Of a stretch of DNA of 64,000 bases, positions 27,441-36,855 are shown in pieces. The translations under genes and the position numbers were made by a program. The stretch spans positions 256,001 through 320,000 of the forward strand of contig JBJOMY010000002.1 of assembly GCA_046052125.1 (NCBI GenBank), given 5' to 3'. Numbering within the stretch: position 1 is the stretch's first letter; each line of letters starts with the position of its first letter. The notes beneath the pieces are model-generated. The model was not told the origin of the DNA. It did no database searches and worked only from the letters and a program-made list of their open reading frames with translations. Origin of the DNA: Cyanobacteriota bacterium (lineage in GTDB: Bacteria; Cyanobacteriota; Cyanobacteriia; PCC-6307; Cyanobiaceae).

Positions 27441-27505
27441 CCGGGCGGCTCGGGAATAGGGGACTCTACGGGGATCCGCTGGGGGGCGATGGCACAGCCA
27501 ACCAA

Positions 27506-29182
27506 CTACCCAGCCCGCTTGAGCAGGCTGGCGGCATAGCTGCGGGTTTCACCGGAATCGCCGCCGGCCAGTTCCGCAAGTTCGGCTTGGCGGGCCTGAG
27601 TGTCCCGCAGTTGGGACACCTGCGTGTGGGTAGCGCCTGCGCGCACTTCCTTCGACACGCGGAAGTGATGGTCGGCCGCCGCGGCCACGAGGGGCTGGTG
27701 GGTGACGCAGAACACCTGGCGTTGCTGCGCCAAGCGCTGCAGCAACTCCGCCATGGCGCCACTGACGCGGCCGCTCACGCCGGTGTCGATTTCATCGAAC
27801 AGCAGGGTCACATGGGGATCCGCCGCGGCCAGGCAGGTTTTCAGCGCCAGCAGGAAGCGCGACATCTCACCGCCTGAGGCAACCTCCGCCAGGGGTGCCA
27901 GGGGCTGGCCGGGGTTGGCGGAGAACAGAAACTGCACTGCATCTGCACCCTCTTCCCCGGGGGTGGCCGGCTCGATCGCCACGCTGAAGCGCACGTTGGC
28001 CAACCCCATCGGGCGCAGTGCCTGCATCAGCTGCTGCTCGAGCTGCTCAGCGGCGGCGCGGCGGGCAGCGCTGAGCTGGGTATTGCAGCGGTCGCGTTGC
28101 TGCCGGGCCGCCAACTCGTCGGCTTCGAGTGCTTCGAGGCTGGCCTCCGCACCGCCAGGCGCCAACTGCTCTCGGAGCTCATCACGCCAGGCAATCAGCT
28201 CGGCAACGCTTTTGCCATGGCGGCGTTCCAGAGCTTTGAGCTGAGCGATGCGCTGCTGCAGTTGATCCAGGCTGTCGGGATCGCTCTCCAAGCCAGCGCC
28301 GTAGCGATCCAGATCGCGGGCCAGATCCTGAAGCTGGGCGAGGCCATCGCTGCAGCGGCTGGCGAGCGCCGCCACCTCAGGGTCGAGCTGCTGCATCGCC
28401 GCTAGTTCGCCCTCGCAGGCCGCCAGGTGATCCAGCACCGAAGGAGCCTCCTCGGCCCCATCCACCAGCCGGCCGATCAGAGTCATCACGCCCTCCTGAA
28501 GCCGCACACCGTGGGCCAGGCGGTTCTCCTCGCCCTCCAGCCGCTCCCGTTCAGCCGGATCCTCGAGCTGGGCTGCCTCCAGATCCGAGAGCAACTGCTC
28601 CTGGCGTTCGCGCTCCTGCTGCAGTTGCTCCCAGTTGCTCCGGGCCAGCTCAAGGGCTTGGGAAGCGGCCCGCCAATCGCGAAAGGCTTCCGCCACCACC
28701 GGCAGCTGGGCCTGCAGCAGCTCGCCAGCGAAACGGTCCAACCAACGCCGCTGTTGACCAGGGCGCGCCAGTTGCTGTGTCTGCCCCTGCACGGTGAGAT
28801 CGAGCAGCAGGGGGCGCAGTTCCTGAATCTGGCTGCGATTCACCGCCACGCCATTGAGCCGGTGCCGACTGCTGAGACGGTCCTCGCTGAGGCGCCACTC
28901 GCGGCTGAGCAGGATTTCGTCGTCGTCGGCCTCGAGCTCCTGATCCGCCAGCCAGCTCTGCAGTGGCGGCGTGAGGCTGAAGCTGGCCTCGATCACGCCA
29001 CGCTCGCTCCCCTGGCGCAGCAGGCGTGGGCCACCAGAGCCGCCCAACAGCGCATCGAGCGCATCCAACAGGATCGATTTACCGGCGCCGGTTTCACCGG
29101 TGAGAACCGTGAACCCACCGCTGAAATCAAGCTGCAGCTGCTCGATCAGGGCGATGTTCTGCAGGCGCAGTCCGGTGAGCAC
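27506..29182 (-). CDS. recN: DNA repair protein RecN
   Basis: LTGETGAGKS, FSANPG, ASGGEMSR, FDEIDTGVSG, CVTHQP. Confidence 0.96.
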   Translation of the reverse strand: MLTGLRLQNIALIEQLQLDFSGGFTVLTGETGAGKSILLDALDALLGGSGGPRLLRQGSERGVIEASFSLTPPLQSWLADQELEADDDEILLSREWRLSEDRLSSRHRLNGVAVNRSQIQELRPLLLDLTVQGQTQQLARPGQQRRWLDRFAGELLQAQLPVVAEAFRDWRAASQALELARSNWEQLQQERERQEQLLSDLEAAQLEDPAERERLEGEENRLAHGVRLQEGVMTLIGRLVDGAEEAPSVLDHLAACEGELAAMQQLDPEVAALASRCSDGLAQLQDLARDLDRYGAGLESDPDSLDQLQQRIAQLKALERRHGKSVAELIAWRDELREQLAPGGAEASLEALEADELAARQQRDRCNTQLSAARRAAAEQLEQQLMQALRPMGLANVRFSVAIEPATPGEEGADAVQFLFSANPGQPLAPLAEVASGGEMSRFLLALKTCLAAADPHVTLLFDEIDTGVSGRVSGAMAELLQRLAQQRQVFCVTHQPLVAAAADHHFRVSKEVRAGATHTQVSQLRDTQARQAELAELAGGDSGETRSYAASLLKRAG

Positions 29183-29278
29183 AGCTGGCAGCCGGTGTTG
29201 AGCCCGACCGTAGCGGCTGCGTCTTTCGTTTAGAAGAGGGACAACACTGAAAGGGCACCCGGGGCCCGAACCCGCGGT

Positions 29279-31459
29279 ATGCCAAGCACCAACAGCCCGC
29301 TGACCCCTCTGGAAGCCGCCAGCGCCGCCATGCGCCGCAACGTGATGGGCGAGATCGCTGTAGGCGAGGAGGCTGTCAAGTCCAACGCCGATCAGTCGGC
29401 CACGGCAGCAACCACAACTCGCTCAAACGAACATCCCGACTTCTGTACAGACAGCCCAGAAGTCCGAACGTGCGTCGACACACATCCCGAAAGCCAACCG
29501 ATCACGCAATCCCAGCGAGCGACTGCGCCATCCCCGCAGCCAAGGAACGCCACCACACCCCCGAACGCCGACCTCAGGGATTTCATTGAGGTCTCCGGCC
29601 TCCTGGAATACGACCCAGCCGCCATCAGCCGCATCTATGCCGGCGCCCCCCAACGCCTGATCCGGCGCATCTGGCAGACGCTGGTGCCCATCGGCCTCTA
29701 TCTACTGAGCGTGGGGATCGACTGGCTCACTCGCCGGCTCGCCAACCACGACCACGCCAGAGCCCGCGCCAAGGAAGCAGCGGATCTGGTGGCCTCCCTC
29801 GGCCCCGCCTTCATCAAGGCCGGTCAGGCCCTCTCCACCCGGCCCGACATCGTGCCCCCCCTGCTGCTGGAAGAGCTGGCGGGCCTGCAAGACCAACTGC
29901 CGGGCTTCGATTCAGCTCTGGCGATGGCCTGCATCGAGGAAGACCTCGGCGCGCCGATCGCTTCGATTTACGCCGAGCTGGAGCGCGAACCGATCTCCGC
30001 CGCCTCCCTAGGCCAGGTGCACCGCGGCGTGTTGCTCAACGGCGAGAAGGTGGCCGTGAAGGTGCAGCGGCCCGGCCTGCGCGAGCAGATCACGCTCGAT
30101 CTCTACATCGTGCGCAACATCGCCGCCTGGCTCAACCGCAACATCGGCCTAATCCGCTCCGATCTGGTGGCCCTGATCGATGAGCTGGGCAAGCGGGTGT
30201 TCGAGGAGATGGACTACTGCAACGAGGCCTCCAACGCAGAGCGTTTCGCCGAGCTGCACGCCCACAACCCCCGCATCGCCGTTCCCCGGATCCACCGGCA
30301 TGCCACCGCACGGCGGGTGCTCACGATGGAGTGGATCGATGGGGTGAAGCTCACCAACCTCGAGGCGGTGCGCCAGCTGGGCATCGACCCCGACGACATG
30401 GTGACCGTGGGGGTGAACTGCTCGCTCCAGCAGCTACTCGAGCACGGCTTTTTCCACGCTGATCCCCACCCCGGCAACCTGCTGGCCCTGGCGGATGGCC
30501 GGCTGGCCTATCTCGATTTCGGAATGATGAGCACCGTGAGCCGCGAGAGCCGCACGGGGCTGATCCAGGCGGTGGTGCACCTGGTGAACCGCAACTTCGG
30601 CAAGCTCTCCAAAGACTTCGTGAGCCTGGGCTTCCTCGCCCAGGACGTTGACCTCTCACCGATCGTGCCGGCCTTCGAGCAGGTGTTCGGCCAGGCCCTG
30701 GAGATGGGGGTGAGCCGCATGGATTTCAAGGCCGTCACCGACGACCTCAGCGGCGTGATGTATCGCTTCCCCTTCCAGGTGCCGCCCTACTACGCCCTGA
30801 TCATCCGCTCACTGGTGACCCTCGAAGGCATCGCCCTGAGCGTGGATCCCGAGTTCAAAATCCTCGGCGCTGCCTATCCCTATTTCGCCCGCCGGTTGAT
30901 GGAAGACCCCGATCCCCAGTTGCGCAACAGCCTCAAGGAGATGTTGTTCGACGGCGAGATCTTCCGCTGGCAGCGGCTCGACAACCTAATCAGCAGTGCC
31001 GCCAGCGGCAGCCAGCTGGATCTCGATGGCCTGCTGGATCAGGTGCTCGATTTCCTGTTCTCCCCCAACGCCGGCCTCCTGCGCGGGCAGCTGGTGGAAG
31101 CGGCGGTGAATCAGATGGATGCCCTGGGCTGGCAAACCACCCTGCGCATCACGCAGCGGCTGCCACGGCTGCTGCGCCCCCCCGGCCTGCGCGATGCCCA
31201 GCCGCTGAGCGCCAACGACGCCGAGCTGCTCTCGCTCGAGCCGATCCAACGGCTCGTGGCGATCCTGGGCCAGCTGCCTGGTTTCGATCCCCAACTCCTG
31301 CTGAAGCGGGTGCCGCGGCTGCTGCGGGAAACGGAGCTGCGCCGCATGGGGACGGAACTGGCCCGCGGACTGGCAGAGCGGGGTGTGGTGCACCTGGTGC
31401 GGGATGTGTTGGTGGGGGCTGATCGCAGCCGCCGGACTGCGTTGCAACAACCCGCCTAA
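29279..31459 (+). CDS. AarF/ABC1/UbiB atypical kinase
   Basis: LGPAFIKAGQALSTRPD, AASLGQVH, VAVKVQRP, FFHADPHPGN, DFG; start uncertain, low-complexity N-terminal extension. Confidence 0.92.
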   Translation: MPSTNSPLTPLEAASAAMRRNVMGEIAVGEEAVKSNADQSATAATTTRSNEHPDFCTDSPEVRTCVDTHPESQPITQSQRATAPSPQPRNATTPPNADLRDFIEVSGLLEYDPAAISRIYAGAPQRLIRRIWQTLVPIGLYLLSVGIDWLTRRLANHDHARARAKEAADLVASLGPAFIKAGQALSTRPDIVPPLLLEELAGLQDQLPGFDSALAMACIEEDLGAPIASIYAELEREPISAASLGQVHRGVLLNGEKVAVKVQRPGLREQITLDLYIVRNIAAWLNRNIGLIRSDLVALIDELGKRVFEEMDYCNEASNAERFAELHAHNPRIAVPRIHRHATARRVLTMEWIDGVKLTNLEAVRQLGIDPDDMVTVGVNCSLQQLLEHGFFHADPHPGNLLALADGRLAYLDFGMMSTVSRESRTGLIQAVVHLVNRNFGKLSKDFVSLGFLAQDVDLSPIVPAFEQVFGQALEMGVSRMDFKAVTDDLSGVMYRFPFQVPPYYALIIRSLVTLEGIALSVDPEFKILGAAYPYFARRLMEDPDPQLRNSLKEMLFDGEIFRWQRLDNLISSAASGSQLDLDGLLDQVLDFLFSPNAGLLRGQLVEAAVNQMDALGWQTTLRITQRLPRLLRPPGLRDAQPLSANDAELLSLEPIQRLVAILGQLPGFDPQLLLKRVPRLLRETELRRMGTELARGLAERGVVHLVRDVLVGADRSRRTALQQPA
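29434..29468. repeat. spaced palindrome copy 3 (in ABC1 kinase N-terminal extension)
   Basis: TCC cgac TTCTGTACA GAC AGCCCAGAA gtcc GAA. Confidence 0.7.
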
Positions 31460-31490
31460 GGTCGGGCTCAGCTTGATCCTCGGCACCCCC

Positions 31491-32099
31491 ATGGCTACAC
31501 GCAAGCGTCAGCGTTTGGTTGCCGCACTGCTGGGCCTGGGCCTGATCGGCGGCTCGCCAGCCACATGGGCCGCCGAAAACGTGGTGTTCGTGACCGGTGC
31601 GTTCCGGCGATCGATCGCCGTGTCCGATCTCACCTACCTCGCTGAGTCCGGCAAGGCTCGAGGGCTGATCTCGGATGTGCTTGCCATCGCCAAGCAGAAG
31701 CCTGAAGAGGTGAGCAAGCTGCTGAAGGCTGAGCTCTCTCTACCGCTGCTGCTCACCAGCCGTTTGCTGAGCACCCGCCTGGGTGAAGCCGTCCTGGCCC
31801 GGGTGGCGCAGATCATCTACCCACTGAATGCCAAAAAGGTGGGCATCCCAGCCCTGCGGGCCGGCGTGATCAATGCCCTGGCGGCCACCGACGGCAAGCT
31901 CAGCGCCATCAGCTTCCTCAAGGCCTATCCGGTGGATGAGATGGAAGTGAGCATTCCGGCCCTGCTGGCGGTGCTGCAGAAGGCCAAATCCGTGAGTGAG
32001 CTTGTGCAGTTCTTCATGGAGTCTCCCCTCGACGGCCTGCGGGGCAACGGCGGCAACAGCGCGAGCAGCGGCGAGCGTCCAGCGAAACCCGCCCCGTAG
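31491..32099 (+). CDS. DUF1400 (alpha/beta hydrolase-associated) exported protein
   Basis: signal peptide, AAENVVF...FRRSI...L, GEAVL, ALRAG, FLKAYP. Confidence 0.8.
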   Translation: MATRKRQRLVAALLGLGLIGGSPATWAAENVVFVTGAFRRSIAVSDLTYLAESGKARGLISDVLAIAKQKPEEVSKLLKAELSLPLLLTSRLLSTRLGEAVLARVAQIIYPLNAKKVGIPALRAGVINALAATDGKLSAISFLKAYPVDEMEVSIPALLAVLQKAKSVSELVQFFMESPLDGLRGNGGNSASSGERPAKPAP

Positions 32100-32178
32100 A
32101 TTCGCCAGTAGACCGTCCCTGCTGCCCGTGGCCCTGTTGTCCTCCCTTCGCCGGCGCCTGGGACACAACCGCCCGGCC

Positions 32179-33237
32179 ATGCAGGACTGGCCGGGCCTGA
32201 TCGAGGGCTACCGCAAGTGGTTACCGGTGAGCGACAAAACGCCGGTGATCACGCTGCGTGAAGGTGCCACCCCGCTGATCCCGGCGCCGGTGATCGCCGA
32301 GCGGATCGGCAAGGGCGTGAAGGTATTCCTCAAATACGACGGCCTCAACCCCACCGGCTCCTTCAAGGACCGGGGCATGACCATGGCCATCTCCAAGGCC
32401 AAGGAGGCCGGCTCGGAAGCGGTGATCTGCGCCAGCACCGGCAACACCTCGGCCGCCGCTGCCGCCTACGCACGCCGGGGTGGCATGAGGGCTTTTGTGC
32501 TGATCCCCGATGGCTACGTGGCCCAGGGCAAGCTCGCCCAGGCGCTGCTCTACGGCGCTGAGGTGCTGGCGGTGAAGGGCAACTTCGACCGCGCCCTGGC
32601 GATCGTGCAGGAGGTGGCGAACCAATACCCGATCACCCTGGTGAACTCGGTGAACCCCTACCGCCTGCAGGGCCAAAAAACAGCGGCCTTCGAGGTGGTG
32701 GATGCCCTGGGCGAAGCCCCCGACTGGCTGTGCATCCCCGTGGGCAACGCCGGCAACATCAGTGCCTACTGGATGGGCTTCAACGAATACAAGGCCGCCG
32801 GCCATAGCCGCCGCCTGCCGCGAATGATGGGCTTCCAGGCGGCCGGCTCGGCGCCCCTGGTGCTCGGCCACACCGTGGAGCAACCCGACACGATCGCCAC
32901 CGCCATCCGCATCGGCAATCCGGTGAACAAGGAGCGGGCCCTCAAGGCCCGCGCGGAGAGCAACGGCGATTTCATGGCGGTGACCGACGCCGAGATCATC
33001 GAGGCGTACAAGCTGCTCGGCGCCGGAGAAGGCGTGTTCTGCGAGCCCGCCAGTGCAGCATCCGTGGCCGGCCTACTCAAGCGCCGCGAAGAGGTGCCTG
33101 CCGGCGCCATCGTGGTGTGCGTGCTCACCGGCAACGGCCTCAAAGACCCCACCACCGCGATCGAGCACAACGATTCCAAGTTCCACACGGGCCTGGAGCC
33201 GGACACGAGCATCGTTGCGAAGGTGATGGGGTTCTGA
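32179..33237 (+). CDS. thrC: threonine synthase
   Basis: NPTGSFKDRGM PLP lysine, CASTGNTS, PVGNAGN, EPASAAS, TGNGLKD. Confidence 0.96.
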   Translation: MQDWPGLIEGYRKWLPVSDKTPVITLREGATPLIPAPVIAERIGKGVKVFLKYDGLNPTGSFKDRGMTMAISKAKEAGSEAVICASTGNTSAAAAAYARRGGMRAFVLIPDGYVAQGKLAQALLYGAEVLAVKGNFDRALAIVQEVANQYPITLVNSVNPYRLQGQKTAAFEVVDALGEAPDWLCIPVGNAGNISAYWMGFNEYKAAGHSRRLPRMMGFQAAGSAPLVLGHTVEQPDTIATAIRIGNPVNKERALKARAESNGDFMAVTDAEIIEAYKLLGAGEGVFCEPASAASVAGLLKRREEVPAGAIVVCVLTGNGLKDPTTAIEHNDSKFHTGLEPDTSIVAKVMGF

Positions 33238-33271
33238 ACCCACCGACCTGAACGAACGAGGGTTTGCGCCC

Positions 33272-33311
33272 GCAAAAAGCCCCGCCGAGGAAACCCGGCG
33301 GGGCTTTTTGC
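33272..33311. terminator. bidirectional intrinsic terminator after thrC
   Basis: perfect 16-bp inverted repeat GCAAAAAGCCCCGCCG ... CGGCGGGGCTTTTTGC with A/T tracts at both ends. Confidence 0.9.
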
Positions 33312-33329
33312 TGCCAGACAACCACCAAA

Positions 33330-33686
33330 GCGTCTGTTCACAGGCTGAGGAAAACCTGCCAGGCCACCCAGGTAAAACTCAGGGTGCCCGACACAGCCTA
33401 AACCCGTGACTTTTCCGCAATCCCGGGAATCAGCGGAAAAGCTCATTTTCCGGATGCGCTCGCTAGGAAATTCACCAGGGTTGTGGAAATGAGATCAATT
33501 GCACTGCAGTGCTTAAGAGGGGTTTTGATCCGTTTCCCCATCCTCTACGGCTACGGATCTGGATTTTGATTTTTAAATCTTTTGATCCAATAGACGTGGT
33601 GTTGGGGAGAAGCGTGGAAACCGCTCGCTCAGCCCGTTGCGCTTCCGGCCCCGTTGTGGAAGCGTGGGGGCCGCTTTGCCGACACC
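33330..33686. other. probable chromosomal replication origin (oriC)
   Basis: non-coding region upstream of dnaN; near-matches to cyanobacterial DnaA box TTTTCCACA (33346-54 rc TTTTCCTCA, 33411-19 TTTTCCGCA, 33482-90 rc ATTTCCACA, 33532-40 GTTTCCCCA, 33613-21 rc GTTTCCACG, 33655-63 rc GCTTCCACA); AT-rich tract 33562-33590. Confidence 0.8.
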
Positions 33687-34817
33687 ATGAAGCTGGTCTG
33701 CTCCCAGGCCGAACTCAATGCCAGCCTTCAGCTGGTGAGCCGGGCCGTGGCAGGCAGACCAACCCATCCGGTGCTGGCCAACGTGCTGCTCACCGCCGAT
33801 GCCGGCACCGGTCGCCTCAGCCTCACGGGATTCGACCTGAGCCTCGGCATCCAAACCAGCCTCAGCGCCTCGGTGCACACCAGTGGCGCGATCACCCTGC
33901 CGGCCCGTCTGTTTGGCGAGATTGTCTCCCGCATGCCGGCCGACAGCCCGATCAGCCTCAGCTGTGAGGAGGGCGGCGAGCAGGTGGAGCTCACCAGCGC
34001 CTCAGGCAGCTATCAGATGCGGGGCATGCCCGCTGAAGACTTCCCGGAGCTCCCCCTCGCCCAGGCCGCCACGCCGATCAAGCTTGACCCTGAGGTGTTG
34101 GTGAAAGGCCTGCGGGCCACCCTGTTCGCCAGCAGCAGCGATGAAGCCAAACAGCTGCTCACCGGGGTGCACCTCGGCCTGGATGCCGAAGGGCTCGAGT
34201 GCGCCGCCACCGATGGTCACCGTTTAGCGGTGTTGCGCCTGCAGAACAGCGCCGAGGCGGAGGCCCAGCTCGACGTGACGGTTCCGGCCCGCTCCCTGCG
34301 GGAGTTGGAGCGGTTGCTCTCCAGCCGGGGCGGCGGTGATCCCGTGAGCCTGTTCTGTGATCGCGGCCAGGTGGTGTTCCAGTGGGCCGATCAGGTGCTC
34401 ACCAGCCGCAGCCTGGATGGCACCTATCCCAACTACCGCCAGTTGATCCCGGAAAGCTTCGGCCGCAGCCTCAGGCTGGATCGCAAGGGGTTGCTCAGCG
34501 CCCTGGAACGGGTGGCGGTGCTGGCCGATCAGCACAACAACGTGGTGAAGATCAGCAGCGATCCCGCCGCCGGTCAGCTGGCCATCAGTGCCGACGCCCA
34601 GGACGTGGGCAGCGGTTCCGAATCAATCGCCGCCGACGTAAGCGGTGAGGCGATTCAAATCGCCTTCAACGTGCGCTACGTGCTCGAGGGCTTGAAGGCG
34701 ATGAGCGCCGAGCGGGTGGAGGTGCGCTGCAACGCCCCCACCACGCCGGTGGTGCTGGCGCCGGAGGATGAATCAGCCTTCACCTATCTGGTGATGCCGG
34801 TGCAGATCCGCCAGTGA
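33687..34817 (+). CDS. dnaN: DNA polymerase III beta clamp
   Basis: MKLVCSQ, HPVLANV, ATDGHRLA, GTYPNYRQLIP, IAFNVRY, LVMPVQIR. Confidence 0.97.
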   Translation: MKLVCSQAELNASLQLVSRAVAGRPTHPVLANVLLTADAGTGRLSLTGFDLSLGIQTSLSASVHTSGAITLPARLFGEIVSRMPADSPISLSCEEGGEQVELTSASGSYQMRGMPAEDFPELPLAQAATPIKLDPEVLVKGLRATLFASSSDEAKQLLTGVHLGLDAEGLECAATDGHRLAVLRLQNSAEAEAQLDVTVPARSLRELERLLSSRGGGDPVSLFCDRGQVVFQWADQVLTSRSLDGTYPNYRQLIPESFGRSLRLDRKGLLSALERVAVLADQHNNVVKISSDPAAGQLAISADAQDVGSGSESIAADVSGEAIQIAFNVRYVLEGLKAMSAERVEVRCNAPTTPVVLAPEDESAFTYLVMPVQIRQ

Positions 34818-35605
34818 GCCTGCCGGAGCAACTGCTGCTCAGCGACCTGCTGCGCCGCCGCGTGCGCTGCGATCAGGGCATCGACCATGGCCCGGGAGCC
34901 GTTGCCTGGATGCATCCGCCGGTGCATCGGCTGCTGGGCTGGATCAGCAAACCGTCAACCTTTGGCGATCGTCGCCAGGCCTGGCGGCTCGATCAGTTGC
35001 GCGGGCTGGGTGAGTTGGAGGCCCTGGTGCAGGGCGATCCCGCCGACACCGACCTCCCCACCGTCGACCGCCTGCCCACTCTGATCGAGGCAGCGGTGCT
35101 CGATCGCCGCGGTGAACCGATCGGCACCGTGGCCGATGCCGCCGTGGAGCTCGGCACCGGCCAGATCCTCCACTACCTGGTGTCCCGCAGCGACCCGCGT
35201 CTGCCCGGCAGCAGCCGCTGGCGCCTCAGCCCTGAGCGCATCAGCGATCAGCAGCCCGGCCAGGTGTTCACAGGCCTGAGCGGGCTCGATGATCTGCCGT
35301 TGGCCCGCGCCAGCGTGCGCCAGGAGTTTCTGCGCCGTGGCCGCCGCTGGCGCGATCAGCTGCAGGAGGAAACCGAGCGATTGCGCGACCAGTTCCAACA
35401 GGCCGGCGATCGCTTCGAGGAGCGCTTGGAGGGCTGGATCGAGGAGGAACCGGTCTGGGAGCGGCAGCCCGACCAGCCTCAGCGCCCTCGACGGCCAGTT
35501 GAAGCTTGGGATGATTGGGATGACGACCGGGATTCCTACGACGCACCGCCCGCCCGGTCACGCCCCCAGCGGCCGGGCGGGCAAGACGATGATCCCTGGC
35601 TCTGA
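34814..35605 (+). CDS. conserved PRC-barrel-like protein downstream of dnaN
   Basis: VLDRRGEPIGTVAD...TGQILHYLVS PRC-like segment; acidic C-terminus ending DDPWL. Confidence 0.75.
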   Translation: MSLPEQLLLSDLLRRRVRCDQGIDHGPGAVAWMHPPVHRLLGWISKPSTFGDRRQAWRLDQLRGLGELEALVQGDPADTDLPTVDRLPTLIEAAVLDRRGEPIGTVADAAVELGTGQILHYLVSRSDPRLPGSSRWRLSPERISDQQPGQVFTGLSGLDDLPLARASVRQEFLRRGRRWRDQLQEETERLRDQFQQAGDRFEERLEGWIEEEPVWERQPDQPQRPRRPVEAWDDWDDDRDSYDAPPARSRPQRPGGQDDDPWL

Positions 35606-35615
35606 GGGCTGAACC

Positions 35616-36818
35616 ATGTGTTACGGCTGCTTCCAGCGATCCGGTGATGCGGCTCAGGTGGGTTTGTCCCACGGGCTGGGTTCGGCCACCGAGTTGCGCA
35701 GCATCCATCCTGAGCTGCTGATCGCGCCCGACTTCCGCGACTTCACCACCCAGCTGGTGGTTCCCCCCGATGGAGTGCTGGATCTCTACCTGCATCGCCC
35801 CGCCGGAGCGGCCTGGGTGCAGGGCGGAGATTTTGGGGCCCAGTGGATCAACACCATGGCCATGGACGATGGCCTGCATGGATTTCTGCAGACTGCCCTC
35901 GGCCAGCTCGACGATCTGATCCAGCTCGACTTTCGCTTCACCGATCAGGTGGATCAAGCCGATCTGCGGCTGTATCTCGACACGGAGATCAATCTGGGTG
36001 ACGACGGCGTCGCCCTCGGGATCGCCCTCTCCAACAGCGTGGCGGATCGCCACTTCTGGGAGCTGTTCATCAACACCCCCGCCTTTGCGGATCAGGAGCT
36101 CTATCTGCGTTACGCGCTCCTGCACGAGATCGGCCACGCCCTCGGCCTCGAACACCCCTTTGATCGTTCCGATGGCGATGTGTTCGTGAGTGGGGTGCCG
36201 GCCTGGAGCGCTTTCCCCGAGGAAACGCTGATGGCCTACCGCGATCCTCTACTGGGGGAGTGGCCCACCTGGTTTTCCAGCAACGACATTCGGGCGCTGC
36301 AGCGCATCTGGGGGATGGAGACGGATGTGGATCCCTTGGCGCAGCGCTGGCCGCAACGCCTGATCGGCAGCAACGAGCCCGATCGCCTCACCGGCGGTCT
36401 GGCCGGCGATCTGCTCCTCGGCCATGGCGGCCACGACATCCTGATCGGCGGCGCTGGCGCCGATGAACTGTGGGGTGGGCGCGGCAGCAATCGCTTCAGC
36501 AGTGCGCCCGATGGGGCCGTGGATTGGCTGTTGATCACGCCTGATGGCTCCGCCAAACGCCGGGTGGCCGGTCGCAGCATTGACGTGATTGAGGTGCTCG
36601 GCAGCGAAGATCGTGTGGCGGTGCTGGGGGCCAGCACCCAGGAGCTGCGGGTGCGGCGGATCAAGCTCAACAGCACAGAACACGGCAGCCTGAGCGGCCT
36701 CGGAATCAGCATCGGCAAGCAGCTCGAGGCCATCTACACCGGCGATCTGTTGCAACGCCGGCAGCTGCAGGCCTGTCTGCTGGGGGTGCCGGAAGGCTTC
36801 GCGGGCAGCTGGGGATGA
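35616..36818 (+). CDS. M10/serralysin-like zinc metalloprotease with RTX Ca-binding repeats
   Basis: [11 protein letters not shown] zinc motif, Met-turn TLMAY, GGxGxD nonapeptide repeats. Confidence 0.8.
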   Translation: MCYGCFQRSGDAAQVGLSHGLGSATELRSIHPELLIAPDFRDFTTQLVVPPDGVLDLYLHRPAGAAWVQGGDFGAQWINTMAMDDGLHGFLQTALGQLDDLIQLDFRFTDQVDQADLRLYLDTEINLGDDGVALGIALSNSVADRHFWELFINTPAFADQELYLRYALLHEIGHALGLEHPFDRSDGDVFVSGVPAWSAFPEETLMAYRDPLLGEWPTWFSSNDIRALQRIWGMETDVDPLAQRWPQRLIGSNEPDRLTGGLAGDLLLGHGGHDILIGGAGADELWGGRGSNRFSSAPDGAVDWLLITPDGSAKRRVAGRSIDVIEVLGSEDRVAVLGASTQELRVRRIKLNSTEHGSLSGLGISIGKQLEAIYTGDLLQRRQLQACLLGVPEGFAGSWG

Positions 36819-36855
36819 CGCTCGGCGACACTGGAACGATCTGCATGCACGTGTT

